A DNA stretch of 63,313 bases, counting the filler, from Stramenopiles sp. TOSAG23-2 (lineage: Eukaryota): assembly GCA_900128395.1 (NCBI GenBank). It is 9 parts of 9 records of this genome, joined end to end, with 100 filler letters (N's around TTAATTAATTAA, not from the genome) between each part and the next. Parts side by side here need not be neighbours in the genome. Positions count along the whole stretch, not along the records: positions 17,258 to 25,771 come from LT650195.1; positions 25,872 to 34,384 come from LT650196.1; positions 34,485 to 42,991 come from LT650197.1; 6 more parts are not named here. One strand, 5' to 3'. A program made the translations under genes and the position numbers. Below, piece after piece: positions 24,345-36,560 of the stretch; the first letter of the stretch is position 1; every line of letters starts with the position of its first letter. Under the pieces are notes generated by a model, which was given only the letters and a program-made list of their open reading frames with translations, searched no databases and was not told the origin of the DNA.

Positions 24345-24495
24345 ATGATCGCCATTTTTGGGATTTTTTTGTTCCAAAATGGAAATCCGATTTTCAATAC
24401 TGGATAAGAAAGGCAAGGGAGGAACTACTGTATGTAACAGTGGTGATATTGTACCGAAATCGGATTGCCATTTTGGGGATTTATTTTTCCCAAAA
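24345..24495. repeat. Inverted-repeat (foldback) element; nearby 22-bp palindrome at 24128-24149
   Basis: ccaaaatggaaatccgattt (24374-24393) vs aaatcggattgccattttgg (24457-24476), 1 mismatch. Palindrome cccaaaattccggaattttggg. Confidence 0.7.
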
Positions 24496-25871
24496 AAAAA
24501 TTGTTCCTTTACTTTGTCTATGGTAAGACTTTTTTAGGCCGTCACAGCACTATTTTGTCCACATTTTACCTGCTATTGCAGCCTAATTAGTGGCGACAAA
24601 GCGCTAATGGTACTTTTCATATACTAATTATCAGCTTTTCCTATTTATTTTTTTCGATTAATTTTAGTGAACCCTTTGAACTTTGTATAAGGGAAAATGA
24701 ACAATGAAATCTATAATTTAAATTTTTTGATATGTTATTTAATGCTATTTAAATTTATATGTTATTTATATGCTAATTCTAGGAGATAGGTAGAAAATAC
24801 AATTGGTATATATGAATATGATATACTTGAAAGGAAATAAACTATAAATAAAGGAAAACCTTAGGTACAGAAAACACATGATAAAGCTAGACATTATAAA
24901 AATTTGACACCCATTTACACTTCAGTGAGCAAGGGAAGACGAGGCGTTTAGTGAAGGGATCGAGTAAGACAGAGGGATCTATCCAGGGATTTTGAAGCTT
25001 CTTTAAAATAATATAAGTGCTTTTCTGCTCCTCCTCCTGGAGGCTTTGCCAGTTTGCATATACCTTCTTTTTTTTTTTTCTTTTTTTTATGAAAAGAAGA
25101 AGAAACAACGTGCAAGAACTTTTTTAAATAATATAATAAATAAATAAAAATAATAATATAAAATTAAACTCTATATAGTACTTGTCATACACAACAACAT
25201 CCATACACAACAACGCTCATTCTGAAACAATTACACACTATGGCTTCAAAGCAAAAACAGTGTTGTATATGTGGAGCATGTACAGTTCAGGAAAATATAT
25301 TGGTAAAACAAGTATATAAAAACTAGGTATTGCATTATTAAGTTCCAGCTGCCGCACAGACGGCAAGGACCCCTGCCTTCGAGATAAAAATTAAGTGTTA
25401 TCAGGAAGTTATTTTGCCTATATAAAATTGTATTCTTTAAGTGAAGTACAGATTTGGTTGGTATGTGTCGATTGGTGGCGATGTTGTATAGTTACAATGA
25501 GGGTTCAGAATATATACTTTTTGGTATATACTATTGACACCAATGTTATGCCTTGTAAATGAGACGGCAGATCTCAAAATTTAAAACGTCGGGTTGGTGA
25601 TTTAGTATGGGAATAACAGGTGTTATAATTTAGTGCTGTGTATATGCTATTATGAGGAGAAGAGAAGGAAAATGATGAAGGAGTAGCAGTAAAAAAGTTA
25701 ATGCCTGTATTATTATTACACTAGGGGCAATAATTAAAATTCTGAAGTAGGTGTAGTTTTTAATGCTTCGANNNNNNNNNNNNNNNNNNNNNNNNNNNNN
25801 NNNNNNNNNNNNNNNTTAATTAATTAANNNNNNNNNNNNNNNNNNNNNNNNNNNNNNNNNNNNNNNNNNNN

Positions 25872-28060
25872 GCGCACAGGCCACGTGACCGTTCAAGTGA
25901 AATGGAACGCAAGCAGCAAGAAGCGGTACTGCCAGTTGAACAGGTTTATTTCGAGAGAGAACTAACTGGCTCAATGCTACAGCTGCATGAAACACTTTCT
26001 CGTCGTTATCATCGACGCCTGGTATTTTTGAATTTTTCTGATTATTATGCTTGTGTTTCTTTGTACCTTTCTTGTTATTGCTACGATTATCATCACAACT
26101 TTCAATTCTTATTTCTAATTTATTATTCAACCATTCGTTGAAATTCGTTTCAGATACGTTGCAAAAAATTGTTTTGTCAGAATTGCTTGATAAAGCGTAC
26201 GTCCCGTTCGATAATCGTTCCGCTAATGATCCATGGACCGAAAATTGATATTGTGCTTTTGATTCAGGAACATTGACAATTGACTTTGGAATAGTGATAT
26301 TTGTGAACCATACCATTGTTTTCATAGTACGAGGTGAAATATCTTTTGATCCCAATATCACAATGCGATCTATTTTGATATTTAAACGATTCACATTAAG
26401 TAATGCCTCTTTCATACTAGAGCCTAATTTGTCAAAGAGCGAGCCGTTTTGACTTTCCCCGGTCAACTGAATCAAGTCTTCCAAATCTTTATCTGTAATG
26501 TTGCTTTCCTGTGGAACCTCAATCAGTGCATCCAGTATTCCTGCATTCAATGCAGGTGGCACCACTGTTGCCTGAAAAGGATTAGCTGGATTAGTATCAT
26601 CAATCCTATCGCCAACAACTACAATGTTTGGCAGTGGTGCATTGGGATTATTATTATTATCAAAATTATGATTATACTTTGATGCTACGACCGGTGATGC
26701 CGTATCCATCGTTTCTCTTAACGCTTCAGCTCTATTTAATAATGTTTCTAGTATGCTCATAGTCTCACCATCTCCTGCTTTAATCGTAACATTTTCTAGC
26801 TCTTTCGATTCAGGATATTCCCTAATGCTTAAAAGGTTATTAACCTCATTGTTGCTAATATGATTCTGTAAATATTTTAATTTTCGTTCCACTTCTTCTA
26901 CTCCATTATTTACACCAGTCGTTACATTTGACGTTGCATTAGTTATACCTCTTATTGCATTTTGTGGTGTGTTCATACCGCTATTTACATTCATGTTATT
27001 GCTATAATTAGCATTTTCTGTAATATTTGTTGGTTTCCTATTATCGCTTTTTCTAATTTTTCGTTTATTTTTTGAATTGTTGTTGATTTTATTATATTTA
27101 TTATTTCTAGCATTAAAATGTTGTCTGACCCTTTCTTTGAGTTCTTTTTTACCTACCTCAACAACCCTCAAAGGGCTATTCCTCGATTTTCTGCCCAGAT
27201 TTTTTACCTACCTCAACAACCCTCAAAGGGCTATTCCTCGATTTTCTGCCCAGATTATCTTTATACTTGTTATTGTTATTATTATCTTGTTCCTCAGCGA
27301 AAATATTCGTAGCCGTTTTGCCTTCCATAAAAATGGCATCTACATCAGCCCATGAAGATCGCATGTTTGACTTGGAATTATTAGCCATCATATTATTCTG
27401 CGGATGGAACATTTCAGTTTGAGACATTGGCGATGCGGGCAATAAGTTATTACAATCGTTTTTAGCAACAACTTCATTTAGTTCGAATTCAGATAACATT
27501 GAGGGCAACAATAGGGTTGATCGGTGTGATTCATGATTAGCTTTGATGTTGATAATTTCTAATTTTTTCGTTTGTTCCAGTATTACTTTCTTCTCCACGG
27601 CTGTTAATGCTTTTTCAAAAAGACTATGTTGTCCCAAGCGTACTACAAGAGTTACATCTAAACTGCCAATTATCTTTTCATTTCCTACATCTGTGTCACT
27701 ACCACTATTCTTATTGTTACTATTATTATCATGGGTATGACAATCGCTATCATATAATTTAATAGAGCTACGAACAGCTAATATGTTATTTTCATCACAA
27801 ACTCTATCCAACGTATTTAAATTTAAGTTTCCTGTAGCAACGATTTTTAAAGTTTTTTCATCTATTATATCAAACCGCACTCCTTGTTCGTTCGCATCTT
27901 TGCAATACGATCTAATACTTTGCCATTTTGATCTTAAAGGATACAGTACTCTATTTGCTGACGTTATGCGAGTTACTTGCGGAGCGGCTTGTGGGGGGAC
28001 TAGGGGTGTTGTTACTTGATCTCTACATGTGTATTGCATTTCAACACGGTAAAGAGACAT
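25872..28060 (-). CDS. C2CD3-like centriolar C2-domain protein; partial (3' end at contig edge, 5' exons uncertain), frame broken by a 55-bp duplication
   Basis: RVLYPLRSKWQSIRSYCKD...IVATGNLNL resembles the C2CD3 N-terminal C2. Collapsing the duplication joins ORFs 27176-28060 and 25872-27171 (..RNSPLRVVEVGKKELKE..). Confidence 0.55.
27145..27254 (+). repeat. Exact 55-bp tandem duplication (likely assembly artefact)
   Basis: 27145-27199 is identical to 27200-27254. Confidence 0.95.
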
Positions 28061-29348
28061 ATATATTCTTCAATAATATGATGTCTTATTAATATATATG
28101 TACCTTCCTTTGAATAACTAATGTAATATATCCTTCTTACACCTACAGACAGTATACAAGGATACACACATGTGTATTTTACAATTTCTTTTTTAAATAT
28201 ATATAAAATCAATATAAAAGATTAATAAAATATGGAAGAAAGAAGAAGAACGAAAGAAGAAAAGAAGAAAAAAAAATTTGTACGAGGTATAATTAAGGTA
28301 TAATTGGAGTTTTCCCATCATCAAATATAATATATAAATAGTAAAAAAAATGGGGAAACATGGAAAAATCATATTTGTTAAAAGAATAAACATGTGTGAA
28401 ATGGTTTGCATGACATGATGATGATCCAGTAGACGACATCTCGGATACAATATATATAGAAGTAAACGTAAATTAAAAACAAATATAGTAATACATACGC
28501 GTGAAAAGTGTAATATAATATACAGTGTGTGTGTATATATATATTTCTATAAATTGTATACATTTTGTTGGAAATAGACACACGGAAAAAAAGCATTTGG
28601 TTAACTCATAAATATAATGCTGATGAAGTCTTGCAAGGAAAAGAAGCGACAGATACAAATGCAAATAGACAACATAAAAGTGTTGAAAGCGAATAATACT
28701 TCAATATATTTGGATATAAAAGCTATATAGGGATCTCTCGTAGATTCTAGGAAAGGTACTATAAAAAAAAATCTAAAATAATCTATATTCTATCTATATA
28801 TAGTCGTCTATTGTTACATTCGTTTTTAAAATTATTATCGGAAGTATATTTTAGTACTAATTTTAGTATACTTTGGAATTGTTTATTAATAGCTCCTTTT
28901 TGTAGTAGAAACCAAGATGCAAAAAGATCAGCTACAGCTACAGCGCTACAGCGCTACAGCAGCCTTTTTTTCGTCCTACCAAGTCTACCTCCTATCATAC
29001 CTCGTCGAAAAATTATATCTTTTTGACTGTACCAGTGTACTTTTAAATAATAGTCTAACTTGAACTACATAACTCTATCATTTTCTTCTTTTTCTCTTCT
29101 TCCTTCTTCCTGAAAAATACTGTAACTGTTATAATAATATTTATATTACGGTTTAGATTATTATATAGTGCATACCAGGCATACAGTACAGTATACACGT
29201 GCGTACAGAAGGTAGTAAAATAGTAAGATAAAGATGTATTTTATACAACTAATTACTAATAGTTTTATTCAGTTTTACATAACCTAGATCATGCCAACCT
29301 ATAGAAATATATAGATGTATACGCTCTGTGTAAGAATTTGCAATCATC

Positions 29349-32273
29349 ATGGCTTCAATAGATGTTGAGAAGATGGATTTGACGCATCTGCCGTCAAAAA
29401 TGGCACTGGAAATGTTTATGCGCACACCTGGCAACAACCAAAGAGCCATTGTTGATAGACTTCACCATTTAGCACACCACGCAAGAAGCGTTCATAATAA
29501 TGCATATCATGATCCAGTAGACGGGGACGAAAATTTGCGAGAACAGGAACCAAATACTAAATCTATTGTTCCTAAAAGAGCACATACGGCGCATTTTTGG
29601 CGAGATCATCATGTATTTGCCGAGTTAGACTGCTATAGAAATCAAGAATGGGTTCATACACATAGATGGAACCACGGTTTAGAAGAACAAGTACTACAAC
29701 GTATTTTAAAAAAAGATGATATTTTTAAAAATTTAAACACCCGGAAGATCGCTCCAGAAGGTGTAGTTGAGAAAAGTGGTGTTAAAATTAGACGAAGAAG
29801 TAGCTTTTTTGCTAAGAATTCTAGCAATTTTGATGCCTCTCGATGGGGCAAACCACACTTGCCTCAAGTTAGCGTATATGGTCTGGAACACATTGTTCAC
29901 CATCTGTCAAATCATCACATTATGTTAAACGTCCACGGTCTTACCTTTGCAAGTGTTGTTGAAAATATTATTGATACTGCTGTTAGTCGTAAAATTTTTC
30001 CAAAGAAAGCTAGAGATGAAGCTGTAAGAATGATTTGTGGCAATGAGCGGCGAGATAAGCAAGAAACTAGAGATGGCGTTAGCCCATGGGGAAAACACAA
30101 ACTAAAAATGTTAAAATTTGCGGAAGATAAAAAGAATAAGGAACTTCGAAGCAAACAGATTAAACATGATGTTATAGAACAGGATGTAACCGAAGAAGCT
30201 ATGTTAATTAAAGTCGCTGAAAGTGATATTATGAGATACCAAGATGTGCACGATAATATGTTGGATGATTTTGATTCCGATCATAGAATTATATTGTTTG
30301 CTAGGTTAGAGTACGCCGTTAATGTTGGCATGGATTTGCACGATGCGCGTTTTTTGGTAATTGTTCTTGGCGTCGATAAGTCTCAATCAAGACAATTAAA
30401 TATCGAAATAGGCGCATCCTTTGCAGCTTTAATGCAAGATGAAAATATTTGCGAAGCTGCATATAGCGCTATTGATCCCCCATCATTTCGTGAAGCTCTG
30501 GAAAGGGGTGTGCGTACCATCAAAATGGTACCAAAAATCCATCGTCCAACGAAACAAGGTATTAAGAAACGCGAAATACGAATGGGAAGAGAATTATTAT
30601 CTAAACTTGCACAAGAAAGTTCCCACTGGGCAAAATGGGAAAAGCGGCAACATATTAAACATAAATGCGAGACGTTTCCAGAGGTAATTGAAACTGCAAC
30701 TGTCTATGCATTGCCATTAATGTTTGGTATAATTATTGCGTTGTTTTGGGCAAACGTAGAGCCAACATCGTATTCGCGTATATTTGGTGCCGGTCATCAC
30801 GATGAGCATGCTAGTAGTACTGCTAGTAGCAGCATTAATGCATCACAAGCTACTCGAATGAGAAGGATGCTCTCCTCTTCGTCATCTTCTGCATGTGATG
30901 CAAAGACACCAACAATTTTGAATTTGCATTATAAACATGATGTTACCATAAATTTTGTAGTAAATGATATTTTTATGTGTTTCTTTTTCGGTTTAGCAGT
31001 CAAAGAAATTACAGAGGCATTATCAGTTGGTGGTAGTATGTATCCACCTCAAGAAAAGGCTATAAATCCATTATTAGGAACCTTCGGGGGGGTCTTCGGT
31101 CCAATAGTTTTTTACGTTATCTTCACTGTAATGTTTTATGAAGCTGACATGTATCCAGCATATTTAGAATTTAGCGACGTTATGAATGGTTGGGGAATAC
31201 CAACTGCGACAGATATATCATTAGCATGGGTAACAGCATTTTTTGTTTTTGGAAAAGGTCATCCGGCAATATTATATTTATTATTATTAGCCATCGTAGA
31301 TGATGGGCTCGGGTTGCTTATAATTGCATTTGCATATCCAGACAAGTCCCAGACTCCGAATTATGTATATCTAGTTCTTATCTTAATCGCAATGTTAATT
31401 TCGTATACATTTCGAAAACTAAATTTCACTAGCTGGAAACTGTATGTGATGATTGCGGGTCCATTTGCCTGGTTTGGTTTAATGGAAGCGTCACTTCATC
31501 CTGCTTTAGCATTGTGCTTCGTCGTCCCATTTATGCCTGGAGAAATTCATCATGGTGATCATGGGAAAGAGCAAGAACCTGAAGATGAACATGAAGAGGA
31601 AGAGCATAGTCATCATCATGCACCTTTACATGCTTTTGAACACGATTTGAAACCATTTGTTGATATTTTTGTCATGTTTTCTTTTGGTATTGTAAATGGT
31701 GGAGTACAAATGAAATATGTTGGTCCGATGACAATAACTATATTTGCAAGCTTAGTCCTTGGTAAAACCGTTGGTGTAGGCGTTATGAGTATAATTGGGA
31801 AACAAATTGGTTATCCTCCACCACCGGGTATCGGTACAAGAGAAGGTTTTATGGTTGGTTTTATTGCTTCTATTGGTCTTACAGTTGCCCTTTTTGTATC
31901 TGGTGTAGCCTTTCCATCATTTCCGCTACTTGAGGGGGAAGCTAAAATGGGTTCCTTACTATCCATCTTTTCAGCTGCTATTGCAATTGTATTAAGTAAA
32001 ACCGTTTGCAAATTTTCTTTGCCTAAAGAGAGCGGCGAAAAGCAAGGGCAAAGCATAAATGTTGATATAGATAGCGAAAGTGACGATGAAGCAGTCGATG
32101 AGATTTTAGTTTCAGCTCAATTAAGTACATTAAATTCGGTTGAAAAGAGTAAAAAGAAAGTTGAAAACTTGACAGGTATCAGGGAACTTGAATATGCAAA
32201 ACAAGAAGGTTTTTTAGGGCATGAGACGGATAAACAGAAAGTAACAACTGAAGTAACAACTGTTGATGATTAA
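29349..32273 (+). CDS. nhaA: Fusion protein: SLC4/Band-3 cytoplasmic domain + NhaA-type Na+/H+ antiporter
   Basis: N-terminal HVFAELD..W..T.RW..LEE, RWGKPHLPQVS, FARLEYAV..ARFLVIVLG..EIGASFAALMQDE. C-terminal ALFWAN, VNDIFM.FFF, GWGIPTATDIS, LLAIVDD, HPAL, NGGV, LGKTVG, IGLTVALF. Confidence 0.88.
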   Translation: MASIDVEKMDLTHLPSKMALEMFMRTPGNNQRAIVDRLHHLAHHARSVHNNAYHDPVDGDENLREQEPNTKSIVPKRAHTAHFWRDHHVFAELDCYRNQEWVHTHRWNHGLEEQVLQRILKKDDIFKNLNTRKIAPEGVVEKSGVKIRRRSSFFAKNSSNFDASRWGKPHLPQVSVYGLEHIVHHLSNHHIMLNVHGLTFASVVENIIDTAVSRKIFPKKARDEAVRMICGNERRDKQETRDGVSPWGKHKLKMLKFAEDKKNKELRSKQIKHDVIEQDVTEEAMLIKVAESDIMRYQDVHDNMLDDFDSDHRIILFARLEYAVNVGMDLHDARFLVIVLGVDKSQSRQLNIEIGASFAALMQDENICEAAYSAIDPPSFREALERGVRTIKMVPKIHRPTKQGIKKREIRMGRELLSKLAQESSHWAKWEKRQHIKHKCETFPEVIETATVYALPLMFGIIIALFWANVEPTSYSRIFGAGHHDEHASSTASSSINASQATRMRRMLSSSSSSACDAKTPTILNLHYKHDVTINFVVNDIFMCFFFGLAVKEITEALSVGGSMYPPQEKAINPLLGTFGGVFGPIVFYVIFTVMFYEADMYPAYLEFSDVMNGWGIPTATDISLAWVTAFFVFGKGHPAILYLLLLAIVDDGLGLLIIAFAYPDKSQTPNYVYLVLILIAMLISYTFRKLNFTSWKLYVMIAGPFAWFGLMEASLHPALALCFVVPFMPGEIHHGDHGKEQEPEDEHEEEEHSHHHAPLHAFEHDLKPFVDIFVMFSFGIVNGGVQMKYVGPMTITIFASLVLGKTVGVGVMSIIGKQIGYPPPPGIGTREGFMVGFIASIGLTVALFVSGVAFPSFPLLEGEAKMGSLLSIFSAAIAIVLSKTVCKFSLPKESGEKQGQSINVDIDSESDDEAVDEILVSAQLSTLNSVEKSKKKVENLTGIRELEYAKQEGFLGHETDKQKVTTEVTTVDD

Positions 32274-32907
32274 TGTGGTTTAAATTAATATGGTGCTTAA
32301 CTGTATATACATATATATGGCTATGACTATATTATATATTATATACCTTGGTTGGTATTATAATATCGTATCATATACGAAGCGCGAACAAGTTCAATTT
32401 ATAAAAAGTCCAAAACAAAAAAAATATATATTTGAGAGTACACGGTGCAACGAGCGAATTGTATATATATATAAACATACGAAAGGTTCGTATTAATTTT
32501 TTTCAATTTTATCAATACACACCGAGCTGACACGATTGATTTCCTTTTTCTCTCCTTTGCTCTCCGCTCTCTCTGGCTCTCTCTCTCTCTCGTTGATTGT
32601 ACGTACGTACTATATAAAGTGTTTTTACCCGCATCTAATACCTTTTATTTTTTACAAAGCGTATAGTCGTGAACTTTAAAAGCAACCAAACTTAAAATTA
32701 TAGCACTTGTGCACTTCTTCTTCTATTACCTGGTAGTATCAGCTAGCAGGGGTATAACACTACTCTTTTATTATAAATACTACTACAGTTCATGAATATA
32801 TCGATATATATATTAATATATACTATAATCCGATCAATTAATATATAAGTGACTTACAACCGGTTTATAATTTATGAAAACCAACAAAAACATATTGTGA
32901 AATATAA

Positions 32908-33279
32908 ATGATGGAGAGACGAAGTAGTAGTAATAACGATGAGACAAAGTCGTCGAATCAACAGAAAGGTTGGAAAATATTGAAAACTTTGAATAAACAA
33001 GTTTTTGATGCAAGTAATATATTTGTAAATAGCATGAGAGATTTTTTAGGTCCAAATTGTAGAGAGAGAATTATTAAAGTCCAAAATCATTTAGTGAAGA
33101 TACAGGTTAGTGAAATTGATAATACAAAAAATACTCTGGAGAAATTGGAAAACTCCATTGTTGTTGATAAAAATAATAGTGATGATGCTGATATTGCTTT
33201 AAAATCTTTGGAACAATCTAGAATCAATATTGACAAAATATTGCACCAGATTCAGGAAGGTAATGTTGGAAAAACGTAA
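32908..33279 (+). CDS. Hypothetical small coiled-coil protein
   Basis: ATG-initiated 123-aa ORF with protein-like composition; no motif recognised. Confidence 0.5.
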   Translation: MMERRSSSNNDETKSSNQQKGWKILKTLNKQVFDASNIFVNSMRDFLGPNCRERIIKVQNHLVKIQVSEIDNTKNTLEKLENSIVVDKNNSDDADIALKSLEQSRINIDKILHQIQEGNVGKT

Positions 33280-33471
33280 AATCAATTTAAAAAATACGTA
33301 CACGATGCTCGTATATTATGATAATGTACTCTTATATATGAAAATATATTTAATCTCCTCTCTACAGTGCCACACAATCACACACACAAATTAACGTCTA
33401 TTATTACACTTTATTATAATATATATATATATATATCAAATATTACATTATTATACACAATTATCATTCTT

Positions 33472-34128
33472 TCAAGATGTTTTCTGCTTTTTCTTATCCT
33501 TCTTTTTATTGTCTCTTTCTACTTTTAATTTCTCTTTCAAAATATTAATTTCTGTATTTGTTGGAGCTAATTTAATCAAATCATTAATATTTCCATTATC
33601 ACATGCAGATGGTAATTCTTTAATAGCTTTCATCGAATAGACATTCCCTGTATTCCATAAGAAACAAAATGGAATTTTGCCATTCATTGTGATATTAGTT
33701 ACTGGACATACCCAACATGTTGGTGGTGCTATATTAGTATTAGTATTTCCATCTTTTTTTTGTTGATTTTTTTTGGTATTATTATTATTATTATTAAAAT
33801 TATTATGTTTTTGAAATGTCAAATCTACAACATCTTTTAATTTACGTATATGTACAAATGCTTTACCATATTTCTCTTTTCGTGCTTTTTTATCCATGAG
33901 CAAATATTTAATAACTTCTTCTTTATTATACAAGTTACCAAGTTTGCAGCCAACAATTGGTTCCTTTAGCATATCTGTGCTCAAGGCACAAGTACTTAAT
34001 TTATTAATTATTGCCTCCGTAGTATTTTCCACACTATGATTTTCCCCTTCATTTGCTTTTCGTTTTCCTAATGCAGTTGTTCTTAAATATTTTCGTTTAG
34101 ATGAAATTGTTCCACCATCACCACCCAT
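33472..34128 (-). CDS. RTF2: Replication termination factor 2 (Rtf2 RING-like)
   Basis: MGGDGGTI..R, CALS..L.EPIV.C.LG.LYNKE.VI.YLL, HIRKLKDV, CPVT...MNG. Confidence 0.92.
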   Translation of the reverse strand: MGGDGGTISSKRKYLRTTALGKRKANEGENHSVENTTEAIINKLSTCALSTDMLKEPIVGCKLGNLYNKEEVIKYLLMDKKARKEKYGKAFVHIRKLKDVVDLTFQKHNNFNNNNNNTKKNQQKKDGNTNTNIAPPTCWVCPVTNITMNGKIPFCFLWNTGNVYSMKAIKELPSACDNGNINDLIKLAPTNTEINILKEKLKVERDNKKKDKKKQKTS

Positions 34129-34484
34129 CTTTTTCTTCTTAAGTATATATATATATATATATATACAACAACGTAATTATTTGTTCTCTCTTGTTTTTGT
34201 TGGTTATTTTTCTTCACGTACATGAACTTTTTTTTGTTGCTATAATATTATTTATTTGTTGCGCAGTTCATCAAGTGTTCAAGTGCACAAGTCCTAAAGG
34301 ATTATTAGTAAGTGGATTTCAAAATGGTTGTTAATTTAAGTACTAATGTAGTATACTAATTTATGCATATTTGATAGAGAGATANNNNNNNNNNNNNNNN
34401 NNNNNNNNNNNNNNNNNNNNNNNNNNNNTTAATTAATTAANNNNNNNNNNNNNNNNNNNNNNNNNNNNNNNNNNNNNNNNNNNN

Positions 34485-35348
34485 AAAGCGGCAGAAGAAG
34501 CAAAAAAGAAGGCGAAAGAGGAAGCGGAAAAGAAAGCGGTAGAAGAAGCAAAAAAAGAAGAGGATAAGAAGAATGAGGAGAGAAGGAAGAAAACGGAAAT
34601 TCATACATACGGTTGCGAAAGTAGAGCAAAGACGAAATCGTGGAATTATAAAACAATTATAAAATTCACTGTCACAGGAGCGGGTGGAGCTGATGGGGGA
34701 GATAGAGGCCATGCTGGTAATCCAAATGGTGGATCAGGACAAACGTTGAAAGGTAAAATTACAGTACCAGCAAATACCGAGGTAACTATGTATGTAGGAT
34801 GCAAAGGTCATACATCTAGTGGTAGAAAAGGAGGTGGTGGTGGTGGTTCATCTGCGATATTGGTAGGTGGCAAAGAAATGGTTGTTGCTGGAGCAGGTGG
34901 TGGTAGTGCAGCTGTTTCTAATGGAGTAGGTGGAAATGCTGGCTTCCCAAAAGGATCTAAAGGAGGTAAAGATGCGTGCGGAGGGTCCTCAGGTGCTAAG
35001 GGGGGGACAGCTTCATCTGGCGGAAACGGTGGCGGGGGTAATCGTGGCAAACCCAGTGGTGCAAAAGGAGGAAAGAAGAATGGTGGAAATGCTGGTGGCA
35101 GCGGCGGTGGTGATGGTGGATGGGGCTACGGGCGTGGTGGAAATGGCGCAAACAACCCAGGTGATGGCGGTGGCGGTGGTGGCGGTGGTGGATATTATGG
35201 AGGCGGAGGTGGTGGAACTGGTTGCCACGGTAACGGCGGTGGCGGTGGTTCTTCCTATTTTGGATCAGGAGTAACACAAAAGAGCAATAGTAATGCAAAT
35301 AACAGAAATAAACATGGAAAGATAGAGATTGAAGTAAAATTCGTATGA
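34485..35348 (+). CDS. 5'-truncated protein: EK-rich charged helix followed by an ALK/LTK-type glycine-rich domain
   Basis: Frame open from the contig edge (KAAEEAKKKAKEEAEKK...FTVTGAGGADG). YVG.KG, VVAGAGGG, GGGGGYYGGGGG, GGGGSSY, HGKIEI. Confidence 0.8.
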   Translation, partial: KAAEEAKKKAKEEAEKKAVEEAKKEEDKKNEERRKKTEIHTYGCESRAKTKSWNYKTIIKFTVTGAGGADGGDRGHAGNPNGGSGQTLKGKITVPANTEVTMYVGCKGHTSSGRKGGGGGGSSAILVGGKEMVVAGAGGGSAAVSNGVGGNAGFPKGSKGGKDACGGSSGAKGGTASSGGNGGGGNRGKPSGAKGGKKNGGNAGGSGGGDGGWGYGRGGNGANNPGDGGGGGGGGGYYGGGGGGTGCHGNGGGGGSSYFGSGVTQKSNSNANNRNKHGKIEIEVKFV

Positions 35349-35777
35349 GATTAACTTATGATATTATTTTATTAATTTTATAAATTAATATACTTCGTCG
35401 TATAATATATTTATTATATATTTCCAATTGTTATTAGTGTTATTTTTTATGTATATGATAATTTATCAAACTCAAACAATTAAAAATTAACATGGACACA
35501 TCAGCTGTATAGAAAGGATTTTTGCTAAAATTGGTTTTAAGGGCAAATACTACTCTTATATAGCTCTATTCTTATTACGGTACCCTGACAAGGAAAACTA
35601 GCTATATTATAGGCAAATACTATTGAAAAATAGAATTTCAGATCATATGAATTGGCTCAAACTATGAAACACACTATTATTCTTTTTGAGAGTAGTCGTC
35701 TAGTAATTGTCATGGGAAGAAATAAAAAATTTCAATATACTCGTACGACGCGTACTTTATTATTAATATGTAAAACC

Positions 35778-36560
35778 TCATTCTTTTCCGCCGTATTTTT
35801 CTTTCTCTTTTAAAAAAATTAAGCCCCCTAGCATTATCATTGATAAAATAATTTTTTGAACATGCCATGTTTTATTAGTATTACTCATAGAAGAAATTGA
35901 AATTTCTACATTTTTACCTTCTACAAGCAACGGATTATCTGAGTCCACCAAATCTCCATCATAAAACTTTGTTGGGTTGGAAGAATCATTGTGGTAACCT
36001 TTATATATAATATGACCCATCATGAATATGCAAATTAATACTGTCACAGTACCAGAAAAAATATCCATTAAACGTGCAATCATAATGTTCGTCGTTGCAT
36101 TTTTTAATAATATACATACAACAGCATTTTCGATAGCAGTAAGAACAGCAATCAACAGACTTATTAACATAACTTTGTCAAGATATGATAAATACGGAAT
36201 CAATGGGACTCTTGTAGAGATGGTATATTTTAACGCTATTTGAGTAAATACTATGGAAACAGTGAAACCAAGACGATCACTTATTGCAGTTGGTTCAATA
36301 AAATAAACAAAATTACCAAATATACATACACCAATTATCACTAAAAATACGTTCCAAGTATAATACTCTGAACGCCTACGTACCGGGAGATTAGCAGTGA
36401 ATTTTGGAAAAATTAAACCAGTCGGCGATATTAATACACCAGATTGAGACATTGGTTTCAATCTGCCTAATTCAGATTTCAGATTATCTTTAACATATAA
36501 ATAGCATTGTTTTTTGTTTGACTTACTTGTTACAGTACTTTTACAACAGTACTTTTTCAA
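35778..36560 (-). pseudogene. Pentameric ligand-gated ion channel TM domain (M1-M4) without an intact extracellular domain or ATG start; pseudogene or unresolved splicing
   Basis: VRRRSEYYTWNV, DRLGFTVSIVFT.IALKY.IS.RVP.IPYLSYLD. The ORF starts at TTG and upstream frames are closed. Confidence 0.65.

Noticed and set aside
25240-25326. Short ORF MASKQKQCCICGAC as a THAP/zinc-finger gene
   Set aside because: Stops after about 28 codons, and no continuing frame could be supported.
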